Source: Saccostrea echinata
Taxonomy: Eukaryota
Length of the DNA: 64,000 bases
Reading direction: 5' to 3'
Assembly (NCBI RefSeq): GCF_033153115.1
Contig: NW_026889751.1
Coordinates: 11,594,001-11,658,000 of the forward strand
Both the position numbers and the translations under genes were made by a program. Positions 1 through 12,600 of this stretch are shown here, piece after piece. The stretch's first letter is position 1. Every line of letters starts with the position of its first letter. A model generated the notes under the pieces. That model ran no database searches and had not been told where the DNA came from. It saw only the letters and a program-made list of their open reading frames with translations.

Positions 1-139
1 GTTTGCGGCCCATGGGTCTCTTATGTTAGTGTTCCATGCGATAAATTCATTACCCGTCTGACACTGAAGAATTTAATAAAGCATAAGTTCTGTTTAAAAA
101 AAGGAGTTTTATATTTTAAAAAAAGTTTAAAAAGAAGTT

Positions 140-625
140 GTATTTTTACCCCTATTGGCCCCTAGATGACAATGAAAACTCCGAAGCCTTATTATTTATG
201 GGACACCATCAAAATTGTTCTAACAGTTGATCTGGCTACTCAGTAAAATGTAAGAGAAATTCCAGGAACATGCTTTTGTAGAGGACTTCCGGGGAACCAG
301 GGTTTTGCAGAAAAATTTCGTTTTTGAAACCCGTTCCCCTATAAAAATGAAAATTTTGAAACCTTAATGTACATCTACAGGACACCACCAATCATATTTC
401 AAAAGTTAAATTGGCTATTGCGTAAAATATAAGATCTCTTGGGACAGGTTTTCGTAGAAAAATGACGTTTTGTACGCCAATTAACCCCCAAGGTAAAATG
501 AAAATTTAAATACCTTATTGTACATCAACAGGACACCACTAATCATATTCCAAAAGATTATTTGGCCACTGCATAAATTGTAAGAGGAATTTGAAGAAGA
601 TAGTGTTACAGACGGACGGACAATC
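140..625 (-). repeat. Three degenerate 150-180-bp tandem units ending in a gacg microsatellite (HINE remnant)
   Basis: ggacacca..aatcatatt..tggc recurs at ~201, 380 and 531; acagacggacggaca at ~608. Confidence 0.6.
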
Positions 626-919
626 CATTAGCTAATCTCCTGAAATTCTTATCAGAGGGAACTCAAACTACATTGCTGGAAAAGAACTTCAGTCTCTGAA
701 GGTAACTTAATAACCGAGGAGTTTCCAACATCACAATCAGTATATGTATACATACATACCTAAACGACTCTTCATTTATTACTGCTGCTGGGGATTGAGT
801 TAAAATCTAAATACACGTACCCACTGATTTTCTTTTCTTTTTTTCAAGCAAAATATTCGCACCAAAACAATTCTCAATTTACAAAGACGACTCACAAAAC
901 ATGTTTTGACATGTTTTCC

Positions 920-3900
920 TTAGATTTCAAACAAAATACCCGGATCAGCTTCTACAACCTGTTGATACTCATTTACAGGGGGTTTACATTGTAGATCCTC
1001 TTTATCAAATCCGGTCACTTTTACTCCACTACTAGGATTATTGTATATGTTTGGTTCTATCCTCACGGAATCACGTGATCCCATTGCAGGATCTTCTTGG
1101 AAATAATTATATGGTAACAGGAAGAAACTAAGGTCCATTCCTGGGGTGTGGGTCACTGGAAGATCTTCTGTATGGGGGATGTGCTGTACACCCATACTCA
1201 CCCAAGCTACCAAATCCTACAAGAAAAAGCAACAAGTTCACACTTTATAGAAATTCACACCGAACTCTATATAATTTAACAAAATATGTGAATTAACCAA
1301 AGGGAAAGGGAGAAAGATCATTAGCAGATCTATAGACCAGTTACTACATGTAACTGGTCTATAGATGTATGTGTTTTAGATTTAAAATCTGATGCTAATT
1401 AATGACAAAAGATTACCAGTTTTTGTTATATTTGCTCTCCGTTATACTATGATAAACTGGTTTTGGAAGAAAAAAAAACTTTAGGGAAAAAAAAGAAATA
1501 AGAATTTCAACCTGTATAAGCTATGGCTCAATGAGTCAACACCGGTAGACAAAACACAATGTTTATTTTTGAATCTATCAAATCAAGAGTCTGACAGTTA
1601 ATAGGTATGGAAATGGTTTGTGAGTGAATGTCGGACAAATAATTAAAAGAAATCAAACCAATATATTTTCTTGTTGGACAAACATCAGACCCTAACAGTA
1701 TTTTATTACAGACAACCAGATTCTAACACATTTCCCTTCAATGTGAGACATATTTTAGCTTTGATTTCAATTTTTTCATACCATTTTAATGTCACTTATT
1801 TGTAGTAATAAAACGCTCACCTCGTCGACAATACTTTCATCATCTCTCAAGAAGTCCTCAAAATTAATAACAGGTGATTTGGCGTCCAATGCACTATATA
1901 TGGAACTACATATTCTTTCATTTTCTTTCCGTTTTGTGACTGCCATTTGATATCGCATCCAAGCCATGGCCGGTTCGTTTCCCTCGCCTTCTGGTAACAG
2001 TTGTTTACTCATTCCTCGACTCAGTAGCCTATACGATCGTGGAACACCAAACTTATTATTTTTCAAGTTGTTGTAAAACAAATGATACTTTGGGGTATCA
2101 AAATTAAACTTGTATGCAGCTTCGCTTTCGGTCTCCTTCTCAGAAACCACGAACTGACCCTGGACAATTTTTGCATTAGGGTCTGGATTGAAGCGGTTGG
2201 CAAAGGCCTTTGTGGAAATGTCCAGAGTTCTATAGCGGTTTTGAAGACCTTCAATGTCTATATCTACTTTGTAGCTAAACATATGATGGTGAATGTTACC
2301 CTTGATGTTGTCGCTTACCTGTACCCCAATGTTTGAGGCGTTGGCTGTAAAAGGGCTGGCAAGTATGTAACCTGTTGACACTATTTTAACTTCCAGGGCT
2401 CCGGTATGGTAGAATATAAAGTCCAGAAGATAGCTGTAATTGACCACTGAAAGGATTGACCTCAGTATAAGAACAGTATTGGAAAGTCCTTCGTAAAATG
2501 CACCTTGGAAAGGAGAGGAAGAATGGTGTGTTCGAAGCGGCATTCCTGTGTTAAATTCGAAAACACAGAAGGCGTTTTTGAAGGTAACTATTTTTTCAGA
2601 GGATTCCAATACGTGGGAAGCGGGCATAAATGTGGCATGCGAGGGACAGTCAACACCAGGGACTAACCCCTTATCCTGAGGACCAATCAGAACAGACGAA
2701 TCGAAGTAATTTGCAAACATCTGCGTAGGTTCATATCCAGAGTAAAACACACCTATTTCCTGAAGAGCAAGTTCATAGACAATTCTCTTGTTTTGGTAAC
2801 GAATATCATAGAGTTGTGGGCCATGAGTACTAGACATTCTGAAGTCAAATTCCCAGTTCATGTATTTCACGTGTTGACCTTTTACAACGTATCTACGACC
2901 GTCTGGTTGTATAGGAATGGGTGGATCCTGTGACGTTTGTGGAAACGCATTACCTCGCCTGTACAACCTGGAGAACAGAGTCTCAGACAGATCCGGAAAA
3001 GGTATAGATATCTTTTTGAGTTTGCCTTCATTGTATTCTTTCACAAGAGAGTCCAGGGAGACAAATGTTTGCTCATTGTACCATACCTTCTCAATGGAAT
3101 AATCTGGATCGTCCATATCGACTAACACAGCGAAGTCAACAGGGTGGAGAATGTAAAATTCTACAAACTGAGACACCCAAAACCAGTATAGACGTCTGTC
3201 TCGTCCACTGACTGCAGATGACATAACTGTTACATATTTATAAGTAAGACATTTTTTGCCACAAAATAGTAATGAACCACCAAAGCTCTCTTGCAAAAGT
3301 TTTCGCGCATTTAGTTCAGTCTCCTGGGTGATTTTCATTAATGCACCACCATAATCTGGACCAGTAATAGGGCGGTACTGGAAAGGAATGTCGTCCTTCC
3401 AGATCGTGTAATGTGTGGGATAAGGGAGTGGAGTGACGATTATTTCCATAATTTTTGGTTTGAGTAAGTCTCCCCGAAAAATTATCACCTTTGCCTGTCT
3501 AGGTGGTTTCTTTCCAGAGCGACTATCAAGAAAAGAAGTGACATCTGCCTTGTCAGGTAGATGGAGTTCTGCAGTAAAAATGTAAGATGAACTCACTTTG
3601 ATACTTGCAGGTCTTGTCAAATTAAGATCTTTTTGTTCATATAGGAATTCCATCACTCCTTCCACTTCCCTGGAAGTTAAATCATGAAATATTGATGGAT
3701 CTATTGGTTCTGATAGATCAACTGTCTGACCAGAGGAACATGGCGGAGGCATTTTCTGTTCCATTTTCTTCATGACACCCACAACTATAACTATGATTAT
3801 TAGGAAGATTATTATTATCCCTGCTGCGAGCACCATGATGCGGAATCGGCCGATGGTTCGTCTGTATTTTTCAGATTTTTCTTCATTGTTAGTTTCTGGT

Positions 3901-3950
3901 TTGGCCTCGTTCGTGTCATGAAGAGGAACAGATTTCTGATTTATATCCAT
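920..3950 (-). CDS. Membrane-anchored copper amine oxidase (AOC3/VAP-1-like), copy 1; exons ~3950-1821 and 1216-920
   Basis: 733-aa ORF plus 97-aa ORF joined in frame by a GT-AG intron (1820-1217). N-terminal hydrophobic anchor, catalytic-base motif NYFD, Cu ligands HHH and QHIPHTED. Cofactor motif is NYSY rather than NYD/EY. First in-frame ATG at 3950 (the ORF track starts at TTG); an upstream exon cannot be excluded. Confidence 0.93.
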
Positions 3951-6363
3951 GGCAAGACTGGAGTTTCTGCAAGACAAGAAACCATTTACAAAAAAACCCC
4001 CAGTTTTTATTCAACCATAAAGTCTCCTGCTTCATTGTTATTTGAATTGGTTCTATTAACCAGTGACCTTCGATTTACCCAAAATAATTTTTTCCATGGA
4101 CTAATCACGGTCATCTTTTAATCAATATTTTAAATAGCTCTGGAGATCATTTATTTAAAATGATCGGAAAACTAACGACGTCCTAGGGGTGACACAAACT
4201 GTATTGAATATTCGCCAGTCTAATGTATGTAGGTGATTGGGAGGCAAAGTGTTCTCTGATCGGAAAACATTTGATCTAGGAACATAAAAAAAGACTACAC
4301 ACGTATTTCTATTCTGTACGGATACAAAAGCCTAGGTTAAGTCATGACAAGTTGATGTCCATTGCAATTGAGGCATATTATCATTTTTATTGTCGGTCTA
4401 ACAGCATTTGTTTTACACATTCAAGGTACTTTGGATCAAATACTAGTTAAAGAAATATTGACATTGAAAGAATTACAAAAACTAAAAACTTATTTAATTC
4501 ATCAGGAGTTTTTTTTTTAAAAAATCTTCATCGAACTAGTTAAGTTTGAAAATTTTGTAAATCTGGCAAGGCAACTCGCTTTTTTCAGATGATTGAAATT
4601 TTTAACACATTTGAAAGCATCATTGATTCAAAATTACTGCAGTGTATGTATGATGAATAAGAATTTCTTTATTCATTTCATCGATAACAACAGATAGATT
4701 GGTGTTACTTTTCAAGAATCATTTTGTCCGCTATTGTTTTCATTTTAAACATAATTTTTTTCTACTTTATGAATGGACATCTACGTGTTTTATGTCTTGT
4801 CTCTGTGCATTTTTAAAAATTCAATTCTGATATTGTATTCGTCTCTATGTTTTTTTTCTTATAAAATATAAATAATCGACAGCAAATGAAGCAGTTATAA
4901 AGTTTATCGTAGGTTATTATACAATATGTATTGTCTTATCTTTGTGTATACATTTTACTATGTGTGCTTTTCTGTATTATTACCTAAAGAGATATATCAA
5001 ATCAAGTAGCATGGAAATTGTATTTAAATATATCAACTTACCACCAACGTCCGGGAACAGTTAAAAAAAAAAGATCGAATACAACCTATATAAAAATGGA
5101 GAATGGTGCTTTTTTAACAAATAGGTCACAATGTCTAAAATTCAGTGTTTTTGTTTATATGCTGACAAACGATAGTAAACGCTTTATGCGCCACTGAGCA
5201 GAAGACACACATTGCCATATATTTCAGAGGTCATCAGCTGTAAATCTGAAACGCCTTATACATAGGTACAGAGGACAGATAGTAATAAGAAATTCTTCAA
5301 CGGCGTTTTCAGATATTGTTTCTGATTGGACCCGCTCCTTTTACTCTTTGTTATTTTTTTGGGGGGGGGGGGGGCAGTAATCCATTGGGGCACAGTTATT
5401 GCCAATTTGGCATTCAGAAGTTTGGTAGACAGTGCAAATGCAGTTTCCAACTTACCGGACGATAATTCACTTTTCAATTTTTTATTTGCAATATCATATA
5501 AATTTAAGGTTAACAGCCAGATATTTAAAGTGACACCGTGACGGAAAAAGCGAAAATCGACAAAAGTAGAATTTGTGCATGACACATGCAAATTTTGTTC
5601 AGTTCTTGAAAGTATTAGGTTTCAGAAAATTACAGGTTTCAGAACCTAAAAATCTTCTTTAATGCAGAAAAATAAAAGTTAAAAAAAATCTTTATTTAAC
5701 CCAACACAAAAATATTGCTTCACTTCTTCATCTTTATTGTACGCATGCGCTGAAAAGGTGAAGAATTGGTTTCAATTCCATAAATATAAATGTCGGATGA
5801 CCGAGAATTTTTAAACAATCTTTAAAAAAGATGATCAGAACTTACTTAATTCTCACTTCTGCTTGCTCCAATTTAATGTTGTTTACAAGTTTCACGGTAA
5901 AAATAAAGGACGCGTGTCCTTGACATTGTGGACATTGACGATAAAAACAAAGCGATAGTTACAACATTTGTTTTTCCGGCACTTACATTTTGCAGCTTTT
6001 TTCTTGCTTTACAGTGCAGTTGAGTTGCCAAAACTTCACTATATTCATATTTCACATAAATCTTTTGTTTTGTGATTCCTGATTATGATTCCTGAGAGGC
6101 AATGTTGTTGATTGCAGTTAATCATATGCTGGTTCTTTCTTATGTTCATTTATGTAAAAATGAATCCTGTATATCGGAAAAATTTACGAAGACTTAATTC
6201 GCTAGCATCACCATATATTGTACTTATTGCATTAGGATTTCTTTATTGGTAGGTCTAGCGAAAGATGCCGTTGCTAATTTTCAAAAGAAAATCATACAGA
6301 GAGGGGTAACCCTTTGTATTCAATATTTTTCAAGTGTAAATACTTATGCATTGGGGAGTCAAT

Positions 6364-6771
6364 TAAGAAATAAGGTATCATTTTTAAACATCTATCGGGA
6401 TATAAATACGGGTTGGTCACGAGATCAAATTCCATAAAGCCCGAAGGGCTTTATGGTAAATTTGATCTCGTGCCAACCCGTATTTATATCCCGATAGATG
6501 TTTAAAAATGATACCTTATTACTTATATTTACATTTGTCACTTATTTATATTTTATATTTGCCTAATTATAATTTTTAACGTGTGAAGTGTTTTAATTTT
6601 CAAACTCAACGGCACGTGTCTAATCCACTGATTGCGCGTCGACCCTTTATGACGTCACTGAGAAATTACGTCGAACGTTTATGACGCGAGGAACCCGTGT
6701 TTATACGGATATAGATACGCATTGCTTTCAATAGTGTTATATAAGGGAAAGCATTTGCAAATGTAAATATA
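6364..6771 (+). mobile_element. Hairpin-ended non-autonomous element (possibly Crypton-type)
   Basis: ~160-bp near-perfect palindrome 6364-6525 with GCCC-GAA-GGGC centre, then tatatttacattt, and its inverse aaatgtaaatata at ~6759-6771. Confidence 0.6.
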
Positions 6772-7196
6772 TGAATTATAAAGAATAAAAGGGAAAAAGA
6801 TTACTATCAAAAGTCTTGTCCTTTTTATGCACACCGTGCACAGCGTGGAAACAATCTTCACCAAAATATAGATACCTACAGGGGTTCAATGTGCCCCTGT
6901 CAAGTAACATAGGACAGATACTACAAATACTAGGAGTTAAAAACCCAATTCTGTGTATTAAACATACATATGTAGAACAGTAGATATGCATATATTTTAC
7001 AGTCCTATTTTAATCAGACTGCAGAAAAAGTCAGTCTGAATTAAATTCAAAATAATGTCTTCATTCACTAGTATTTATTCCATGAAAATACTTTTATAGG
7101 CGTTATTTGATGGGAAGGATCCTCAACCCCTTCCATTCCTTTTGCTCTTCTTGGTTTTATTAAAAAAAAACTAGTCCTGTTTATAAATCGCACCTA

Positions 7197-7500
7197 GTCG
7201 CCCGCGTGGCGCAGTGGTTAGAGCGTCTGCTCTAGAGTCGCGGAGCAAGGAGTTGATCCTTACGTCGCATGTTCGAATCCCACTGCGGGACGTGTAGACC
7301 GGTCCTTCGAATGAGTCCGTATAAACTGAGGTCCCGTGTCGCAGTAGGTGCTGACACGAAAAAGATCCCTCACTGCTCAATGGCCCTGAGTGCCGAGTAT
7401 AGGTCAAAATTTGTAGCCCTCCACCGGCAAGTGGTGGCGTCTCCATATGAGTGAAAAATTCTCGAGAGGGACGTTAAACAACAAACAAACAAACAAACAA
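7197..7500 (+). mobile_element. tRNA-derived SINE (probably Meta-domain type)
   Basis: A box tggcgcagtgg, B box gttcgaatccc, core aaagatccctcactgctcaatggcc, (aaac)n tail, 14-bp TSD ATAAATCGCA[C/T]CTA. Confidence 0.9.
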
Positions 7501-7862
7501 ATAAATCGCATCTAAAACGTGTCCGAAAAATGGAAATTAAAGTAAAATGATATAAATGTGTACTCTATTCACCACTGACTAGTGGTTGGGTTTCTATCAT
7601 TTGTACAAACACAAGCTTGTTGTTATCTGTAATTCTATTACAATAAAACACAGCGATTTAAAATTCCTTAAAGACATACCATGAGATAAAGAAAGTGACG
7701 TAACAAGAAATTGACTGATAATTTTGAACCGTTTAGTGAATGTTCCGCACAGCAAAATTTCCCTGGAATAAAGCAAATCTTCCTCCCAGATACGCTACTA
7801 AAGAGTTAATCCCTTTATGCATATAGAATTATCCCATAGGATAGGATTTTATTAATCGATTA

Positions 7863-8101
7863 GATTGATTAATTGTATGTTGTTTTACGTCCCGTTCGAA
7901 AATTTTTCACTCATATAGAGACGTCACCATATACCGGTGCAGGGCTTCGAATTTAGACTTCACTCAGCACTCAGGACCATTGAGCAATGAGGGTTCTTAA
8001 TCGTGCCAACGCCTACTCAGGTCAGTCGCGGCCGTCATTCGAACACAAGACCTTCCAATTACGTAGCGAGCGCTCTACCGACTGAGCTACAGTGACGGCT
8101 A
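7863..8101 (-). mobile_element. tRNA-derived SINE, related family
   Basis: Reverse-strand tRNA head, same core motif, (aatc)n tail, TSD aatcgatta. Confidence 0.82.
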
Positions 8102-8419
8102 AATCGATTAAATACATTCATCATGTTATGATTATTGATAACAATCAAAATTTAAATGATGGATGCACAAGATTTCGAAGTTAAAAAATGGTGTAATACT
8201 AGTATATTGCCTAAAATTCTGGTATTGAAGTATGGTTAAAGAGGTGTCAATATGTACCATATGTAAAGTTTTAACATCTACTGATGCCAATGGAAATATA
8301 TTACATTTACGGATAAATGGTGGGTGAGAAATACTATTTAGCTAACTTCTTCCTCCGTGAGAAAAAAAGATAATTACTATCTAATCATAGTTTATAGTTA
8401 AAGTTATATTTATATATTA

Positions 8420-8767
8420 ATATTTACATTTCCAATGTCTTTGTCTGAGATAAAATTTCAAATAGTAAAAATACTTTATTTCTACATAAATCTACTGGTT
8501 CATCGATAGGCGTAGTGAAAAAAAAAATCACGTGCGGGGCGGGACAAATAGAGACAGAAGCGGGGCTTGTAGCACGTGAATTTGCAGAATCAGGAGCATG
8601 TAAATATAAGGAATAACTGTCAGATTTTTTGGTTTCATGAAGATGATCAATCGATTGGCTTGCGTGATAATTTTATGCATAAACGCCTTCGGCGTTTATG
8701 CAAATTATCACGCAAGCCAATCGATTGATCACATCATGAAACCAAAAAATTAGACAGTTATTCCTTA
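8420..8767 (-). mobile_element. Hairpin-ended non-autonomous element (possibly Crypton-type), opposite orientation
   Basis: ~160-bp palindrome 8607-8767 with CGCC-TTC-GGCG centre, preceded by atgtaaatata, with the inverse atatttacat at 8420. Confidence 0.6.
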
Positions 8768-9638
8768 AATAATGAATGTACAAGATTCCAAATAAAAAAT
8801 ATTATAAAACTAATATACTGCCTAAAATTCTGGTACTGAAGTATGGTTAAAGAGGTGTCTATATACCATTTCTAAACTTTTAACATCTAAATTATGATTT
8901 TAAGGTTTCGACTGAAACACCAAATATCCCAACACAAATTATGTACTAATACTAAAATATAAAAATGGGAGATACTTAAATCGAATGATTAAAGTTACTG
9001 ACACAGCAAGATACACAATAGCTGTTGACCTTGACCTTACAGGATTTTACCTGAGTGGGGCACCTTTATATTATTAAGAACATTATATTCAAGTATGAAT
9101 TATTACCATGCAAGTTTTCTTAAGCCTAAACATGATTTCATTATCCCATAGCCCAATGACAGTGACCATTGATATGTATGATTTGAGGCAACAACATAAA
9201 ACATCTATGCATTATCAGTTGAACAATTTGAAATTGGAATCATTACATTCTACGGTCCCAGAGTTACAGTATGAACACCGTTTCAATTTCTTATTTTGAA
9301 GTGACAGTGATCTTTCAGATTTGACATTGACGCAAGATTAAGACACATCTTTTGATCATAGGATACAACATTCTAAAGTTAGATACCATTTTAAGCAAGG
9401 GTACAGAGCATCATTGCCGAGATACAAATTTGAGAGAGGCACAATGTTAAAATCATTACGTCTTCTTCAATATATCGTCAAACGTTCTATTACATGTAAG
9501 TCTCCTAAAAATCAACATAACTTTTACTGTTAGACTTATTTCCATGGAGTATCATACATCTCAATAATGTATGTCTATAACTTACTCCTTCCAAAACATC
9601 TCTCGATTTAAAATTCTAAGAACATCGATCTGTCTTCC

Positions 9639-12600
9639 TTAGGTTTCAAACAAAATACCCGGGTCAGCTTCTACAACCTGTTGATACTCATTTACAGGGG
9701 GTTTACATTGTAGATCCTCTTTATCAAATCCGGTCACTTTTACTCCACTACTAGGATTATTGTAAATGTTTGGTTCTATCCTCACGGAATCACGTGATCC
9801 CATTGCAGGATCTTCTTGGAAATAATTATATGGTAACAGGAAGAAACTGAGATCCATGCCTGGTGTGTGAGTCACTGGAAGATCCTCTGTATGGGGGATA
9901 TGCTGTACACCCATACTCACCCAAGCAACCAAATCCTGCACGAACAAATCAACAAATTTATACTTCATTGCATTCCATACTAAAAAATCATTTGATTTGA
10001 AAAATAGAATATAAAAACCCATTGTAATAATAATAAAAAAAACAATTAAAGACTTAATTAAATTGAATTTTTTATATACTTGTTGATTTTAAGACAAAAC
10101 AAGGCCCATAACTCATCGGTAAAGTTTAACTAGACTTTTTCTTCTAAGCTACATTATGAGTTCATTTTACATGGAACATCTTCCTTCACAATTTTTTCTC
10201 TTATCTTCACTGAATGACCCTGAATTGTCTTGAATCAGATAAAATTGTTAAAAACATGTAATGTTATTTACAACATTTCTTTCACAGTTCTATATATTTT
10301 GAAGTATAAACCTTGCACGAAAGACATGGCAAACCCTTGGTGATCAACAACCAATCAAATCAAGGAATAAAAAACATGGACTATACATGATTTCTATATT
10401 TGCCCATTGACCTAATTTACATGTATTAAGGAAGCTCTAAACACAGCACAATAAAAAGTTCTAATTGGAGGGTTTCTTCATGCAGTTAGAGTGATAAGCC
10501 TTTGGAGGTAAGATAGAATAAATTGGAATAACCAGTCGACAACACAATTTGTAATGGATTAAGGTATACTTAACATTATATTAAAGCAAATGTAAGTTAT
10601 TAAATTCATTGATTTCCCAATGTAATTAAACAACAGTGTTTTCTGTTAATAATAGTTCATTGTCTTCATCATTTTTCCCGGGGAAAATAAGGCAGGTACC
10701 CTTTGTTGAAAATGAACTATAGAACTCAGTCTATAGACCTTTATATGATAGGATTTTTCTCGAATTCCAAAAGCATTTTTCATTATTGTTTAGAGCTTCC
10801 TTTAAGATATTACTTTGAGTCAAACCTACAAAAACTTGATGGATATTTAAAACATCAAACAACTTTTTTCTGTCAAAACAAAACACAGACTTGAAGGTTG
10901 ACACCGGACAAAGTCGAGAGGTAAATTGTCAAACAGATAAGCACAACAAAAGCATTACTTCTCCCTCTTTTGGGGGAGACAAATTCTGCCAAGACACCTA
11001 AGAAAAAAATCAGCTTTAGTTAAGAAAGTTCTGATTTTTATCTTTTATGTTATCTTGTTCAACCCTTTAAGGTATCCTAATTTTTAGCTCACCTAGGCTG
11101 AAAGCTCAAGTGAGCTTTTCTGATCAAAATTCGTCCCCCGTCTGTCGCTGTGGGTTTTGTGGTTTTCGTCGTCGTCGTTGTAAACTTTTTAAAATTTCAT
11201 CTTCTTCCCCAGAACCACCGGACCAATTTTAAACAAATTTGGCACAGGGTATTACTGTGTGAAGAGAATTCGAGTTTCTTCAAAACAAGGGACTTAAAAG
11301 GAGGAATAATTAAGAAATAGTGAAAATTGTGTGAGGTCTTTTAAAAATCCCCTTCTCAAGAACAACTGGGTCAGAAAAGATTTTTAAAAACTTCAGTGAA
11401 GGCTTCCTGGCATAGTGTCAATTCAACTTCGTTCGAATCATGACCCCCGGGGCTAGGTGGGGACACTTTGGTTGATCAAAGTTTTATATAAGAATATTTA
11501 GTGAAAAAAAATCTTTAAAAATCTTCTCAAGACTAGCAAAGCCATGATCAGTCAATTAAATATGGAAGTATCCTCAAGCAGTGTACATTCAAGTTTGTTC
11601 AAATCATGTCCCCCGGGAGTAAGATGGGGCCACAATAAGCAATCAAAATTTTACATTGGAAAATATTGGAAATCTTTAAAACTCTTATAAAGAAAAGCAA
11701 AGCCATGATTAGTCATTATGCACATGTATATGGAAGCATCCTCAAGTAATGTAGATTCAAGTTTTGTTTTCAAATCAGGATAGGGTCAGAATATGTTATC
11801 TAAGTTTTACATAAGAATACACAGGAAAAAGAATCCGTGGATGAAGAACAGAAGGTCATAGTTACTCCGCTGAGCGTTGTGGCCCATGGGCCTCTTGTTT
11901 GCTATTATTATATTCAGGATTTTTAAAAAAAATCCTATAAAATTGGAAAACTCACCTCATCAACAATACTTTCGTTGTCTCTCAAATAGTAATCAAAATT
12001 AACAACAGGTGATTTTGCGTCCAATGCACTATAAATGGAACTACATGTCCTTTCGCTTTCTTTTCGTTTGGTGACTGCCATTTGATAGCGCATCCAGGCC
12101 ATGGCCGGTTCGTTTCCCTCGCCTTCTGGTAACAGTTGTTTACTCATTCCTCGACTCAGTAGCCTATACGATCGTGGAACACCAAACTTATTATTTTTCA
12201 AGTTGTTGTAAAACAAATGATACTTTGGGGTATCAAAATTAAACTTGTATGCAGCTTCGCTTTCGGTCTCCTTCTCAGAAACCACGAACTGACCCTGGAC
12301 AATTTTTGCATTAGGGTCTGGATTGAAGCGGTTGGCAAAGGCCTTTGTGGAAATGTCCAGAGTTCTATAGCGGTTTTGAAGACCTTCAATGTCTATATCT
12401 ACTTTGTAGCTAAACATATGATGGTGAATATTACCCTTGATGTTGTCGCTTACCTGTACCCCAATGTTTGAGGCGTTGGCTGTAAAAGGGCTGGCAAGTA
12501 TGTAACCTGTTGACACTATTTTAACTTCCAGGGCTCCGGTATGGTAGAATATAAAGTACAGAAGATAACTGTAATTGACCACTGAAAGGATTGACCTCAG

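Noticed and set aside
2063-3125. Short overlapping or antisense ORFs in the AOC genes that recur in copies 2 and 3
   Set aside because: They recur only because the host genes are paralogous; no independent motifs.
7197-7290. tRNA gene
   Set aside because: The tRNA-like head continues into a SINE core and tail and is bounded by a TSD.
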